From a virus (lineage: Duplodnaviria; Heunggongvirae; Uroviricota; Caudoviricetes), in the IMG/VR virus record IMGVR_UViG_2939147180_000006, positions 1-54,932 of that record: a stretch of 54,932 nt of DNA; one strand, given 5' to 3'. Shown here in pieces: positions 44,796 to 53,739 of this stretch (positions within the stretch are counted from its first letter, which is position 1; every line of letters starts with the position of its first letter). The notes beneath the pieces are model-generated. The model did no database searches, had not been told where the DNA came from, and saw only the letters and a program-made list of their open reading frames with translations. Made by a program: the position numbers and the translations under genes.

Positions 44796-45267
44796 GATCT
44801 GATCTCCTTATATCCTTGATGATACTTAATAAAAAATCATCTTCGTTAATTGCCGCACTTCCAGCGGCTGACCAGATTGTTAAAGAATGGCTTAACATCT
44901 TTCAACTAATCCCGCAATCATCGCCGTTTCCGGTGTGACCCTGCTCACTCCAAGCAAGCTGACTTGTCGCCTTGCGTGCGGTTTCGTGGGGGATGTAACG
45001 CTTTAAACACCCCATGCGCCTTGTTATCAGTGCCGCTTTCGGTCCCCCATCGGGGAGTTACTCCACGGTTGACAAGGTGTTAAGCCTGATTTTTAAAGTG
45101 CCAGGAAGGTGCTTTTTTGTTTACTGCCTCCTTCCTTTGATTCGCAATATACGCCCTGTGATATGTCGAGTCAATCCATTTTGTATACTTTTTAAAAAAA
45201 TTTTATATCTTATTGATATTTAAATGATAAAACTGTTTTTTTGTTTACGTTTTGGCGTTTTTGGTGG

Positions 45268-45293
45268 CAAAGAAAAGCCGCCACCAGGCGGCT
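45268..45293 (-). terminator. Rho-independent terminator 5 nt downstream of repressor gene
   Basis: agccgcc-acca-ggcggct hairpin followed on minus strand by TTTTCTTT. Confidence 0.55.
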
Positions 45294-45298
45294 AGTGT

Positions 45299-45946
45299 TT
45301 ATGGCAGGTTTACGATCTTCGCATCCACTACCACGCCTATGATTTTAGATTCTGGATTCATAGGGATTGGCGGATACAGCGGATTGAGAGAACGTAAAAG
45401 CCTTTGACCTCCATCAATAACAAGCTGTTTAAACGTAGGAGTTTGCCCTTCCTCCAGTTGGGCTATAACCAGTTTTCCGTCAATAGCTGGCGCGTGCGGA
45501 TCGACAAGTATCATCGTCCCCGCTGGTATACTCAATCCTTGCGGCGCGTTCATTGATTCTCCTTTAGCCACCAGCCAATAACTATCATCTGAACAAATAA
45601 CGCTAGTTGTAACGTGTGGTAATGTTGATCGCCTTGCATCTTCCATATTGTTTACTGCATCCTTCCAGTCAACAACCGGGTAACTGCCTAAATCACGCGG
45701 TGGCGCTCCCGGTAACGTGTTAGAAACAGAATCATCTATGACCATCCCATCATGTGTGACAGTGAATTGCCGACGCCCAAGCGCCCGCATAATCCGCGCA
45801 ATATCTTCAAGATTTGGCTCACGGCGACCGTTCAGCCAGTGCGACAAGCCGCCTTTTGTTATCCCCATGAGATCAGCCAGTGAATCCTGACTCATGCCCT
45901 GCGCCCGCATGAGTTGTTTTGCCAAGTCATACCATTTTGTTTTCAT
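45299..45946 (-). CDS. cI: CI/C2-type prophage repressor (HTH_XRE plus S24 LexA-like peptidase)
   Basis: 215 aa; N-terminal HTH QDSLADLMGITKGGLSHWLNG; C-terminal GESM...FKQL Ser/Lys dyad; C-terminus KIIGVVVDAKIVNLP as in P22 C2. Confidence 0.85.
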   Translation of the reverse strand: MKTKWYDLAKQLMRAQGMSQDSLADLMGITKGGLSHWLNGRREPNLEDIARIMRALGRRQFTVTHDGMVIDDSVSNTLPGAPPRDLGSYPVVDWKDAVNNMEDARRSTLPHVTTSVICSDDSYWLVAKGESMNAPQGLSIPAGTMILVDPHAPAIDGKLVIAQLEEGQTPTFKQLVIDGGQRLLRSLNPLYPPIPMNPESKIIGVVVDAKIVNLP

Positions 45947-45949
45947 GTC

Positions 45950-46100
45950 GCTACCCTATAAGCTAAAAAAGTTTGATGCAAGTCACAAAATGTATTTTTC
46001 AATCCTTGACCTGTTAACGCCATTCTGTAAACTTGCAGACAAGGTAAGTCCATACTTGCAAGGATGCAAGAAAAAAGATAATGGAAAGCACAAAAGGAAC
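45950..46100. promoter_or_regulatory. Immunity-region operator/promoter region (OR/PR/PRM equivalent) with CTTGCA/TGCAAG palindromic half-sites
   Basis: Divergent intergenic region between repressor and rightward operon; repeated CTTGcagaCAAG, aCTTGCAAGg, gaTGCAAG; TTGACC -35-like hexamer. Confidence 0.4.
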
Positions 46101-46252
46101 ATACCTTAAAAGCTCTTTAAAAATCCGGTGTCGCTGCGAAGCGAAAAACAAATATCACGCAACGGCGGGATCTGTTGAGCGGTCAGTCACTGCTATCTAA
46201 TGCTAATTGGATGCCCGCCAGCGCGTTCACTCTAACCATAGGAGAAAACACG

Positions 46253-46507
46253 ATGAGCACGAACATGATTAACAAAGCATGGAACGTAAAACTTAACAGC
46301 CCGATTCAAAAACTAGTTTTAATCTCCCTTGCTGAGACGGCGGATAGCCAGGGGCGGACAAGCGTATCACGCGAAGAAGTAGCAAAAATGTGTGAACTTC
46401 CTGTTCATACGGTACATGATGCCTTCGCCGCATTAATTAGCAAAGGGTTTGTTTGCCGTATTGATGCGTTTAGTGGTGTCTATGTAGTTATGTTGCCGGA
46501 GGAATGA
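46253..46507 (+). CDS. Winged-helix DNA-binding protein, first gene of rightward early operon
   Basis: AGGAG RBS and ATG at 46253 (table ORF has an N-terminal extension); HTH-like segment TSVSREEVAKMCELPVHTVHDAFAALISKGFV; not lambda-Cro-like. Confidence 0.45.
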   Translation: MSTNMINKAWNVKLNSPIQKLVLISLAETADSQGRTSVSREEVAKMCELPVHTVHDAFAALISKGFVCRIDAFSGVYVVMLPEE

Positions 46508-47556
46508 TTATGAAGTGGTTTAAGCATGATAGCGATGCGAACCGCGATGAAAAACTTCAAAACGTTTTATTAGATTATGGCCTGGAAGGTTACGGGCTTT
46601 ATTGGTATTGCCTTGAACTGATAACTTATGACGTAGATCAGCACAATCTTACTTTTGACCTACGACATGACGCGAGAATCATTGCGCGAAACGTCGGATC
46701 TACTGAAAAACGTATAGAAGAAATGATGAAATACTTCATCGAAATTGGTTTGTTTGAATGTTCTCAAGGCCACATAACTTGCCTAAAGTTATTAAAAAGG
46801 CTAGACCAATCAATGACTTCTAAAAGCGCTTACAGGGCCGCCATAAACACAGCGAAGGAGCAATTAAAATTAGAAAAGTTAATCAATCCAACACAAAAAG
46901 GTCATGATAGGGTCATGACCGGGTCAGGAAAGGGTCATGAATTAGAATTAGAAGAAGAAATAGAAAAAGATATATACACTTCGTGTATTGTCGAAAATGA
47001 ACAAAAAATGGTCAATCAGGATGACGTAAACGAAGCGGCGTTGCGTTGCCTGGCCTTCTACAACGACAAGGCAGGATGCAAATGTCGTGATGCGAAGCCA
47101 TTCATCGAACTACTGACAGAAACAAAAACACGTAAAGCGTATACGGAGGATGAGATCACATTGGTGATTGAGTGGGCTTTAACGCAATGGCGTAGCCGTG
47201 GTGGAACACCTAAGCCTATCAATATTTGCCGGGTAACTAAATTTGATGGGTATCTGACTGATGCTGAACAATGGCGCAAACTGTCAGCCACTGCAAACGC
47301 TGCCGACGTGGTGGAAGCATTTAACAGCACGTTTGACGGCCTGTTACCACCTGTCGAACTGGATCGGGATCTTGAACGCAAGATCTATGCGTTCACTGAC
47401 TACCTGAAAGACAAAAGCATTAACGGCTTTGTCGCCTACTTCGAAACATTCAAAAACACGGCTTCAGATTTTTACTTCGGCAATGGCTTCACGGCGACAC
47501 TTGATTTTCTGCTTAAACCAAAAACGCTACGCGATACACGCGCAGGCGCTCTTTGA
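46504..47556 (+). CDS. Replication initiation / replisome organiser protein
   Basis: 350 aa; N-terminus KWFKHDSDANRDEKLQNVLLDYGLEGYGLYWYCLE resembles phage replisome-organiser N-domain proteins; followed by helicase. Confidence 0.6.
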   Translation: MIMKWFKHDSDANRDEKLQNVLLDYGLEGYGLYWYCLELITYDVDQHNLTFDLRHDARIIARNVGSTEKRIEEMMKYFIEIGLFECSQGHITCLKLLKRLDQSMTSKSAYRAAINTAKEQLKLEKLINPTQKGHDRVMTGSGKGHELELEEEIEKDIYTSCIVENEQKMVNQDDVNEAALRCLAFYNDKAGCKCRDAKPFIELLTETKTRKAYTEDEITLVIEWALTQWRSRGGTPKPINICRVTKFDGYLTDAEQWRKLSATANAADVVEAFNSTFDGLLPPVELDRDLERKIYAFTDYLKDKSINGFVAYFETFKNTASDFYFGNGFTATLDFLLKPKTLRDTRAGAL

Positions 47557-47690
47557 CCAACCACGATCCACAAAAACCCAAAATAACCCGCAAAACAAGC
47601 TCGCCAGCGAGATAAATCGCATGTGGTGCTATACTTGCTTACCTTTTTGCGATTAGCTCGTTATAGAGCGTTACAGAGAGGATTTCAAAA

Positions 47691-47792
47691 ATGGACGGTA
47701 AACACGTTTTCGCCCTGGCTTTTGCCATCGCCGCTGCAATAGCTGTTAACGTCGCTTTGTTCGGCGGTTTGTTCCTTCTAGTCAATCCATAA
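47691..47792 (+). CDS. Small hydrophobic peptide (33 aa) MDGKHVFALAFAIAAAIAVNVALFGGLFLLVNP
   Basis: Manually translated; GAGAGGA RBS; in the rep-ant intergenic region. Confidence 0.3.
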   Translation: MDGKHVFALAFAIAAAIAVNVALFGGLFLLVNP

Positions 47793-47923
47793 CATACCTA
47801 CCAGTCAGTAAATCAAAAATTAGCCACCTGGTAGCGCCTCTGACGCAATAAGACACTGCAACCCGTGCAAATGGGTTACGCGGTGGAATTTTGCGTTGTA
47901 GAGTGTTTTACGGGGAATATACA

Positions 47924-48661
47924 ATGTCTGATTTAATGGTTTTTAATTTTGATAATAATCAAATCACTGCTGTAATTTATGATGGTAAACCTGCTTTTGT
48001 TGCGGTTGAGGTAGCGAAAACGTTAGGTTATAACGATGAGCATCAAGCTCTTAATAAGCATTGTAAGTCATTGATTAGACTTGATTCCGTCGAAACGACG
48101 TCTTTGGGTTTTGGGTTCAGACCTAAAGGAATAATTCTAATCAGGGAGGCAGACGTATACCGTCTTGTCATGCGATCGAAGCTACCATCGGCTGAGCGCT
48201 TCCAGGATTGGGTGTGCGAGGATGTTCTCCCTGCTTTGCGTGAAAATGGACATTACGGCTTTAAACCAGCTTTGCCGGATTTCACTGATCCGGTTGCGGC
48301 AGCCCGCGCATGGGCGGATGAGGTTGAGCAAAAATTGTTAGTTAAGAAAGAAAATGAACGGCTTACGCTTGAAAACAAGGTGCTGGCTCCGAAAGCGGCT
48401 GTATGTGACGCGATAGTCAAAAACGATATGCACAGAACGGCTTCAGAGGTAGCTAAACCGCTGGGAATGTCAGCCGTAAAATTAAACAGAAAACTTTCGG
48501 CGGTTGGTGTTTACGATCTTCGCTGTCGCCGCCGTGTATTCAGTCAGTGGTTTATTGATGAGGGCTACGGTGAAATGAGGGTAACTCACGATGGATATGA
48601 GCAGGCTGTATTCACTGCTAAAGGACAAGTATGGATCACTGAGCTTTTAACTTGTAACTAA
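47924..48661 (+). CDS. ant: Antirepressor (Bro-N plus KilAC/ANT domains)
   Basis: Start trimmed to MSDLMVFNF; Bro-N-like N-terminus and ANT-like C-terminal half. Confidence 0.65.
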   Translation: MSDLMVFNFDNNQITAVIYDGKPAFVAVEVAKTLGYNDEHQALNKHCKSLIRLDSVETTSLGFGFRPKGIILIREADVYRLVMRSKLPSAERFQDWVCEDVLPALRENGHYGFKPALPDFTDPVAAARAWADEVEQKLLVKKENERLTLENKVLAPKAAVCDAIVKNDMHRTASEVAKPLGMSAVKLNRKLSAVGVYDLRCRRRVFSQWFIDEGYGEMRVTHDGYEQAVFTAKGQVWITELLTCN

Positions 48662-48695
48662 GTATACAATTTGTTATTCGTGAGGAAATGACACT

Positions 48696-49814
48696 ATGTC
48701 ACAAAGAAAGATAAGCGATGAGCAATTGATCGCTGAATATAACAACGGTTTAACGTACAAGCAGATCGCTGAAAAGTACGGCATGTCAAAACGCAACGTA
48801 GAGCGCCTGGGGGCAAAACTGGCGAAACGCGGTTTATTGTCAACACGCCGCGCGCCTGGTTTTGGCGTCAATGGCGAGTCGTTGCTAGTCGATAAGAACG
48901 GCAATGTGATCATGCGCTGGATTAAAACAGTCCGTGACCGCGATGAAATGGAACAGCTAATGGAATCGGCCCGCTACGCATTCACGGAAGAAATACCACG
49001 CGCGGAGGCAGTGCCAGTGCCGGAAATTGATTTCCAAAAAAGCCTGGCCCTTTATCCGGTATTTGATCTGCATATCGGCGCACTTGCTCACAAAGCAGAA
49101 TGCGGCGAGAGCTACGACACCGGGATCGCTGAGCGCGTGTTGAATGACTTCTTTGACTACGCGGTGGGCGCTGCGCCGATGTCTGAAAAAGCCGTTTTGC
49201 TTCTCGGTGGCGACCTGCTTCATTCTGATGGAATGGTCCCGGTTACACCAACAAGCGGGCACATTCTTGATCAAGATAGTCGTTATGCAAAACTTGTCTA
49301 TGTAGCGATCCGGTCTGTCCGGCGTGCTGTCGGGAAGATGTTGTTAAATCATAAGGATATTGAAATCCAGGTGTTATCAGGCAATCACGATCAGTCAGGG
49401 ATGATCTGGTTACGTGCGGCGCTGGCGGCTTTTTACGAAGATGAACCGCGTGTGACGGTTGATGTGTCACCTGCTATTGTTCACCACACGCAGTACGGTA
49501 AAACATTTCTCGCTTACCACCACGGGCACACTATCAAAAAGCCAGAGAATTTACTTTCTGCCTGCGTTTCTGACTGGCGGGAGGATTTCGGCAAGTCTTC
49601 GGCGGTTTACGCTCATTGTGGGCACTGGCATCATCAACGGCTGATTGAATCATCGCTAGGCGTTGTTGAGTATCACGGCACATTAGCGGGAAAAGACGCT
49701 TATTCGACTAATGGCGGCTGGCGGTCGCGGCGTCTGGCGGCGGTAATAATTTACAGTCCTGATCACGGGGAGATCGGGCGCTTTGTTTATTACCCTGAAT
49801 ATTCCATTTTGTAA
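48696..49814 (+). CDS. HTH-domain / calcineurin-like metallophosphoesterase fusion protein
   Basis: 372 aa; N-terminal HTH LTYKQIAEKYGMSKRNVERLGAKLAKRGLL; phosphoesterase motifs in order: FDLHIG, LGGDLLHSDG, LSGNHDQ, YHHGH, CGHWHH; GAGGA RBS. Confidence 0.55.
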   Translation: MSQRKISDEQLIAEYNNGLTYKQIAEKYGMSKRNVERLGAKLAKRGLLSTRRAPGFGVNGESLLVDKNGNVIMRWIKTVRDRDEMEQLMESARYAFTEEIPRAEAVPVPEIDFQKSLALYPVFDLHIGALAHKAECGESYDTGIAERVLNDFFDYAVGAAPMSEKAVLLLGGDLLHSDGMVPVTPTSGHILDQDSRYAKLVYVAIRSVRRAVGKMLLNHKDIEIQVLSGNHDQSGMIWLRAALAAFYEDEPRVTVDVSPAIVHHTQYGKTFLAYHHGHTIKKPENLLSACVSDWREDFGKSSAVYAHCGHWHHQRLIESSLGVVEYHGTLAGKDAYSTNGGWRSRRLAAVIIYSPDHGEIGRFVYYPEYSIL

Positions 49815-49832
49815 ACCGGAGGCAATAACATA

Positions 49833-51248
49833 ATGGTAACTGAGCAAATAAACTCACTACGGCAGGAACGTGAAGCATCAGTTATCGGCGGGCTGCTGTT
49901 AGGTGGCCTTACTCCTAACGCGCAAGATGTTCTAGCCACACTTGATCCTGAAGTGTTCACGATCCCGCTTTATAAACGTGCGTTTGAAGTTATCCGGGCG
50001 CAAGCCAGAAACAGAAATCTTATCGACGCGTTATTGGTTGGCGATGAGATTGGCAATGAAAACTTTGTACCGCTAATGCAAACGGCGCGATCGTGTCCTT
50101 CTGCTGCCAACCTGAAGGGATACGCACAGCTACTACGTGAAGAGCACCAGCGGCGGCAGATGTTGGAACTCATCGACGATATGCGCTACAAACTGGAAAC
50201 TGGGACACTTGATGTCGTCAAAGAGACGATGAAAGATTTTGATTCCCGGTATTCAAAATTAAAAGTAACGAAAGACAAGATCATTCCGGTGTTGTTGCGC
50301 GATGCGGTACAGGAATACACGGAGGTTTTAAGCAAACGCATGGAATGCGGTGTCAATTCTGACAACATCAAAACAGGGGTAGAACCACTCGACGAAATGT
50401 TAGGCGGCATTAACGCTACTGATTTGGTGCTTCTCGCCGGACGTCCTGGGTCTGGTAAATCTGCGTTGGCGCTGACAATTGCCCGCGCTGCCGCTGAACG
50501 CCCTTACCCTGGCAGTAAAGATCAGCGGGTTGGCGTTTTGTTCTTCACGCTTGAAATGTCACTCGATCAGATGACTGAACGCGCCATCGCTGGCGCTGGT
50601 AATTTATCAACCGACTGCCTGCGCAATCCGGTAAAACTTGATGATGAGGGGTGGGCGCATGTCGGCCAGGGCATGAGCGCACTTGCTAACCTTGATGTGT
50701 GGATCGTTGACGCGTCGCAGTTAACGGTTGAGGAAATACGCGCAACAACGGAACGCATGAAACAGGATCACCCAAATTTGGGCATGTTAATGATTGACTA
50801 CATCGGGTTAATGAAGCTGGCTAAGGCCGAACGTCACGATCTCGCTGTAGGGCAATTGTCGTGGTCGTTGAAGATGATGGCGAAAGAATTGCGCGTACCA
50901 GTGTTGGCGCTGGCGCAGTTGTCCCGCCGCGTTGAGGAACGACCGAATAAGCGTCCTAACAATTCAGATCTTCGCGATTCCGGGAACCTTGAGCAAGACG
51001 CTGACAGGATCATCATGGTGTACCGCGATGGATATTACGATGAGCAGTCTGTAGCACGTGAATACATGGAAATAATTGTATCTAAAAACCGTCACGGGAA
51101 AACTGGTACTGTTTACCAGCGGTTTGATGACAACGGCAATATATTACCATGCGACCAGGGTAAGGCCGCCGCCGCGTGCATTCAGTCCATGAATCATCGT
51201 ACAAGCAGATTTAATCAACGAAACAATCAGAATAGCGCATCTTTTTAA
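49833..51248 (+). CDS. dnaB: Replicative DNA helicase (DnaB family)
   Basis: 471 aa; Walker A GRPGSGKSA, Walker B LMIDYIG, DnaB-type N-terminal domain. Confidence 0.85.
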   Translation: MVTEQINSLRQEREASVIGGLLLGGLTPNAQDVLATLDPEVFTIPLYKRAFEVIRAQARNRNLIDALLVGDEIGNENFVPLMQTARSCPSAANLKGYAQLLREEHQRRQMLELIDDMRYKLETGTLDVVKETMKDFDSRYSKLKVTKDKIIPVLLRDAVQEYTEVLSKRMECGVNSDNIKTGVEPLDEMLGGINATDLVLLAGRPGSGKSALALTIARAAAERPYPGSKDQRVGVLFFTLEMSLDQMTERAIAGAGNLSTDCLRNPVKLDDEGWAHVGQGMSALANLDVWIVDASQLTVEEIRATTERMKQDHPNLGMLMIDYIGLMKLAKAERHDLAVGQLSWSLKMMAKELRVPVLALAQLSRRVEERPNKRPNNSDLRDSGNLEQDADRIIMVYRDGYYDEQSVAREYMEIIVSKNRHGKTGTVYQRFDDNGNILPCDQGKAAAACIQSMNHRTSRFNQRNNQNSASF

Positions 51249-51324
51249 TTAATATGAGCAAACGGCTTACCGGAAAGTTTACCGCTTTCTGGTGGCCGTT
51301 ATCGCGTTTAAAGCGAGGCTGAAA

Positions 51325-51852
51325 ATGAAAACTTCATACCAACAACAAATAATTGATTTTTTAAATGACGCTGTTATTTCAGGTGAGGGAACGATAGTTA
51401 AATCTATTCCTGGACCTGAAGGTGAAATAATTTGCGCTTTGGATGCTTTGGTTTCTGATGGTGTTATTATAAAAGTAGATCTAAATAGTAAAAGATTATC
51501 ATATTGCTTGAAGTCAGTAAGAGAAATGGCGATAAGGGATATAATCCCTTTGTTTTCAAATAGTAGCGGGTATTTTTCAGCGGAAGATGTTAAAAATGAA
51601 TTGAATATTAATATAAACAAAGGAAAGGTCGGAAGAATATTGCGGATGTTAGGAAGTGAGAACCTATTAACTGTTAATAAGTTTGACGGTAAATATTTTT
51701 TCAGAAACGCGCGTTTTTATGGCTATTCAAATGTTATCGCATTTAATTTTAGTAACTTATTAAACGAATACCGTAAAAATAATGGGCTGCTTCCTGATAA
51801 ACCAGTATTTGAGATCGAAAAACTTAACGGCAAAAAGGGGTTGGAATTATGA
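51325..51852 (+). CDS. Hypothetical protein (176 aa) in locally AT-rich segment
   Basis: GAGGCT RBS and ATG at 51325; marked local drop in GC suggests separate acquisition. Confidence 0.45.
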   Translation: MKTSYQQQIIDFLNDAVISGEGTIVKSIPGPEGEIICALDALVSDGVIIKVDLNSKRLSYCLKSVREMAIRDIIPLFSNSSGYFSAEDVKNELNININKGKVGRILRMLGSENLLTVNKFDGKYFFRNARFYGYSNVIAFNFSNLLNEYRKNNGLLPDKPVFEIEKLNGKKGLEL

Positions 51853-52055
51853 GACGTGTAATTTTTTATTCAGTTGAAACGTTTATTGACGAATCTCACT
51901 TTAAATTCCCACGCAATCCTTGCTGCGCGATGGTTTATACACCTCCACTAATGCGCAAGTATAGGCACGTAAAATTTAACCGGGCTTTTGTGCCGATTCG
52001 TTACGCTTTGCAGGCGTTGCGCGGTGAATTACGAAACACAATGCGTATTGTGTAA
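51849..52055 (+). CDS. Hypothetical protein (68 aa)
   Basis: Track ORF; 4-nt overlap with the previous gene. Confidence 0.35.
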   Translation: MRRVIFYSVETFIDESHFKFPRNPCCAMVYTPPLMRKYRHVKFNRAFVPIRYALQALRGELRNTMRIV

Positions 52056-52064
52056 GGGGCGATC

Positions 52065-52262
52065 ATGAATAAGGAATTGGATTTAACCGTTGAAGACTTG
52101 AGCACGATTGCTGAATACATGCGAGGAGACGATCCTGATAAACCTGTCGTGGTTGACATGAAAGAGTTAAAAGAAAAATACATGACAAGCTCGCGTCTAA
52201 TTTCTTTGCAGGCGATCATGTATGCGCGGGCACAGTGGAAAAATAGTAACGGTGTATCATGA
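52065..52262 (+). CDS. Hypothetical protein (65 aa)
   Basis: Track ORF; overlaps ninB start. Confidence 0.35.
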   Translation: MNKELDLTVEDLSTIAEYMRGDDPDKPVVVDMKELKEKYMTSSRLISLQAIMYARAQWKNSNGVS

Positions 52263-52690
52263 GGCAAATAAGATTTGAGATAGTAAATGACGCCGTAAAA
52301 GAAAACGCTATCAGACAGATAAGGGATATTCAGCCTGATAGCAAAAGCCCGCTGATAATTACCATTCGGGAGAAAACCCGCTCGCTAAGTCAGAATGCGT
52401 TGCTTTGGGCGCTACTGACAGACGTTAGCGATCAGGTTAATTGGTACGGCAAGAAGCTGTCACCTGAAGACTGGAAGGCGGTATTCACTGCCGGGCTTAA
52501 GAAATATGGCGTTGTCCCTAACCTGGACAAATCAGGCTTTGTTGTTCTGGGAACATCAACCAGCCGGATGAGTAAAGCAGAATTTAGCGAATTAATCGAA
52601 CTGATCTACTCGTTCGGCGCGGAACACGGTGTTCAGTGGTCTGGCGATACGAAGTTAAACGAGGAATTTATAAAACGCTGGGGGCAATAA
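52259..52690 (+). CDS. ninB: NinB (Orf-family recombination mediator)
   Basis: 143 aa; extensive resemblance to lambda NinB incl. RSLSQNALLWA, WKAVFTAGLKK, GVVPNLDKSGFVVLGTSTSRMS. Confidence 0.85.
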   Translation: MRQIRFEIVNDAVKENAIRQIRDIQPDSKSPLIITIREKTRSLSQNALLWALLTDVSDQVNWYGKKLSPEDWKAVFTAGLKKYGVVPNLDKSGFVVLGTSTSRMSKAEFSELIELIYSFGAEHGVQWSGDTKLNEEFIKRWGQ

Positions 52691-52866
52691 TGGTTAGTTA
52701 TTACAGGGCTAAACCTACAGGCATTTTGTATAAGATTGATGGCGAATATGTTTATTACTTTCACAACCAGGCGCGTGATTGGCGATTGTGTCACGCGCAC
52801 TTTAAGCACGAAATAGAAAATAACCCTGAATACTTTATCAAAGTTGACAATGTAACGGTGGCGTAA
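52690..52866 (+). CDS. Hypothetical nin-region protein (58 aa)
   Basis: TAATG overlap with ninB stop; table ORF 52636..52866 trimmed. Confidence 0.4.
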   Translation: MVSYYRAKPTGILYKIDGEYVYYFHNQARDWRLCHAHFKHEIENNPEYFIKVDNVTVA

Positions 52867-52867
52867 T

Positions 52868-53521
52868 ATGGCAAATAAAACACCTCGCGCAATAGGAAGA
52901 ATATTTCATCGTTTCAACGTTGATATTCCAAGTTTTGAAGTAACAACGTTTTTAAGCTATTACGATTTTGGTACTAAGTATTACGCAGGATCTAAGGTTG
53001 GCGGCGAGAGTTATACGCTGATGGCTAATACGTGGAGTTTTGTGCGCTACTCTGAAAAGGATGCTGACGGTATGAATAAAGAAAGCGAAATCATTGATGA
53101 ATTGATCGAAGATGAACGACGTGAATGCGAAACACAACCAGAAAAAACGGAATGGGCCGCAGGTGATAAACCTCCTGTTAATGTGTGGCTTGATTGTATG
53201 GGTGTAACCAGTGGAACGGTTCTTGATGTCGTCAAGTTTTTATATCTCGGTGATAATTGGGCTATCGCTCACAGTAAATTAGTATCAGATATTGAAACAG
53301 CTATCGCATGGAAACAATACTCTTACCGCATTCACATTGACCCGAAAGAAAAGGCGCTTGCTGAAATCGCGTTCGCACTTGCTATCAATGTCATGGGTGA
53401 AGATGCGGCAAAAGAGATTGACTTTAACCACGACAATGATTTTTCGTGCGATTATCGCAATATGGCGCAAGCTATTATTGACGGATGTATCGGACACGTT
53501 GAATACACGGGGAAAAGATAA
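52868..53521 (+). CDS. Hypothetical protein (217 aa)
   Basis: Track ORF; 1-nt spacing from neighbours. Confidence 0.45.
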   Translation: MANKTPRAIGRIFHRFNVDIPSFEVTTFLSYYDFGTKYYAGSKVGGESYTLMANTWSFVRYSEKDADGMNKESEIIDELIEDERRECETQPEKTEWAAGDKPPVNVWLDCMGVTSGTVLDVVKFLYLGDNWAIAHSKLVSDIETAIAWKQYSYRIHIDPKEKALAEIAFALAINVMGEDAAKEIDFNHDNDFSCDYRNMAQAIIDGCIGHVEYTGKR

Positions 53522-53739
53522 TGGATAAGGTCGGGACAATTCTTATTAATCGTGAGCAAGTGCAAAAAATGTTGGGCGGGCTTAGTAAGTCCGCCTTTTT
53601 TAAGCTCGTTAAGAAATGGAAAGATGCCGGAACTCCTTTCCCTGAACCAGTTAAGGGGATGCCAGCGTTAAAGCGCGGCGGATCTCTTTACCGTTATCAG
53701 GATGTCATTTCATTTTGTAAATCAATGGGCTTCATGTAG
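53521..53739 (+). CDS. xis: AlpA-family excisionase / transcriptional regulator
   Basis: 72 aa; HTH LINREQVQKMLGGLSKSAFFKLVKK followed by FPEPVK...RYQDV, AlpA-like; convergent with and overlapping the integrase 3' end. Confidence 0.5.
   Translation: MDKVGTILINREQVQKMLGGLSKSAFFKLVKKWKDAGTPFPEPVKGMPALKRGGSLYRYQDVISFCKSMGFM

Noticed and set aside
44796-45267. 69-aa plus-strand ORF (45014..45223) and possible boxA/boxB nut-like hairpins in the repressor to N-like intergenic region
   Set aside because: The ORF lacks an RBS and lies in a region expected to hold pL/OL; hairpins (for example gccgc-acttcca-gcggc at 44851-44867) are present but no convincing boxA consensus was found, so no nut site is called.
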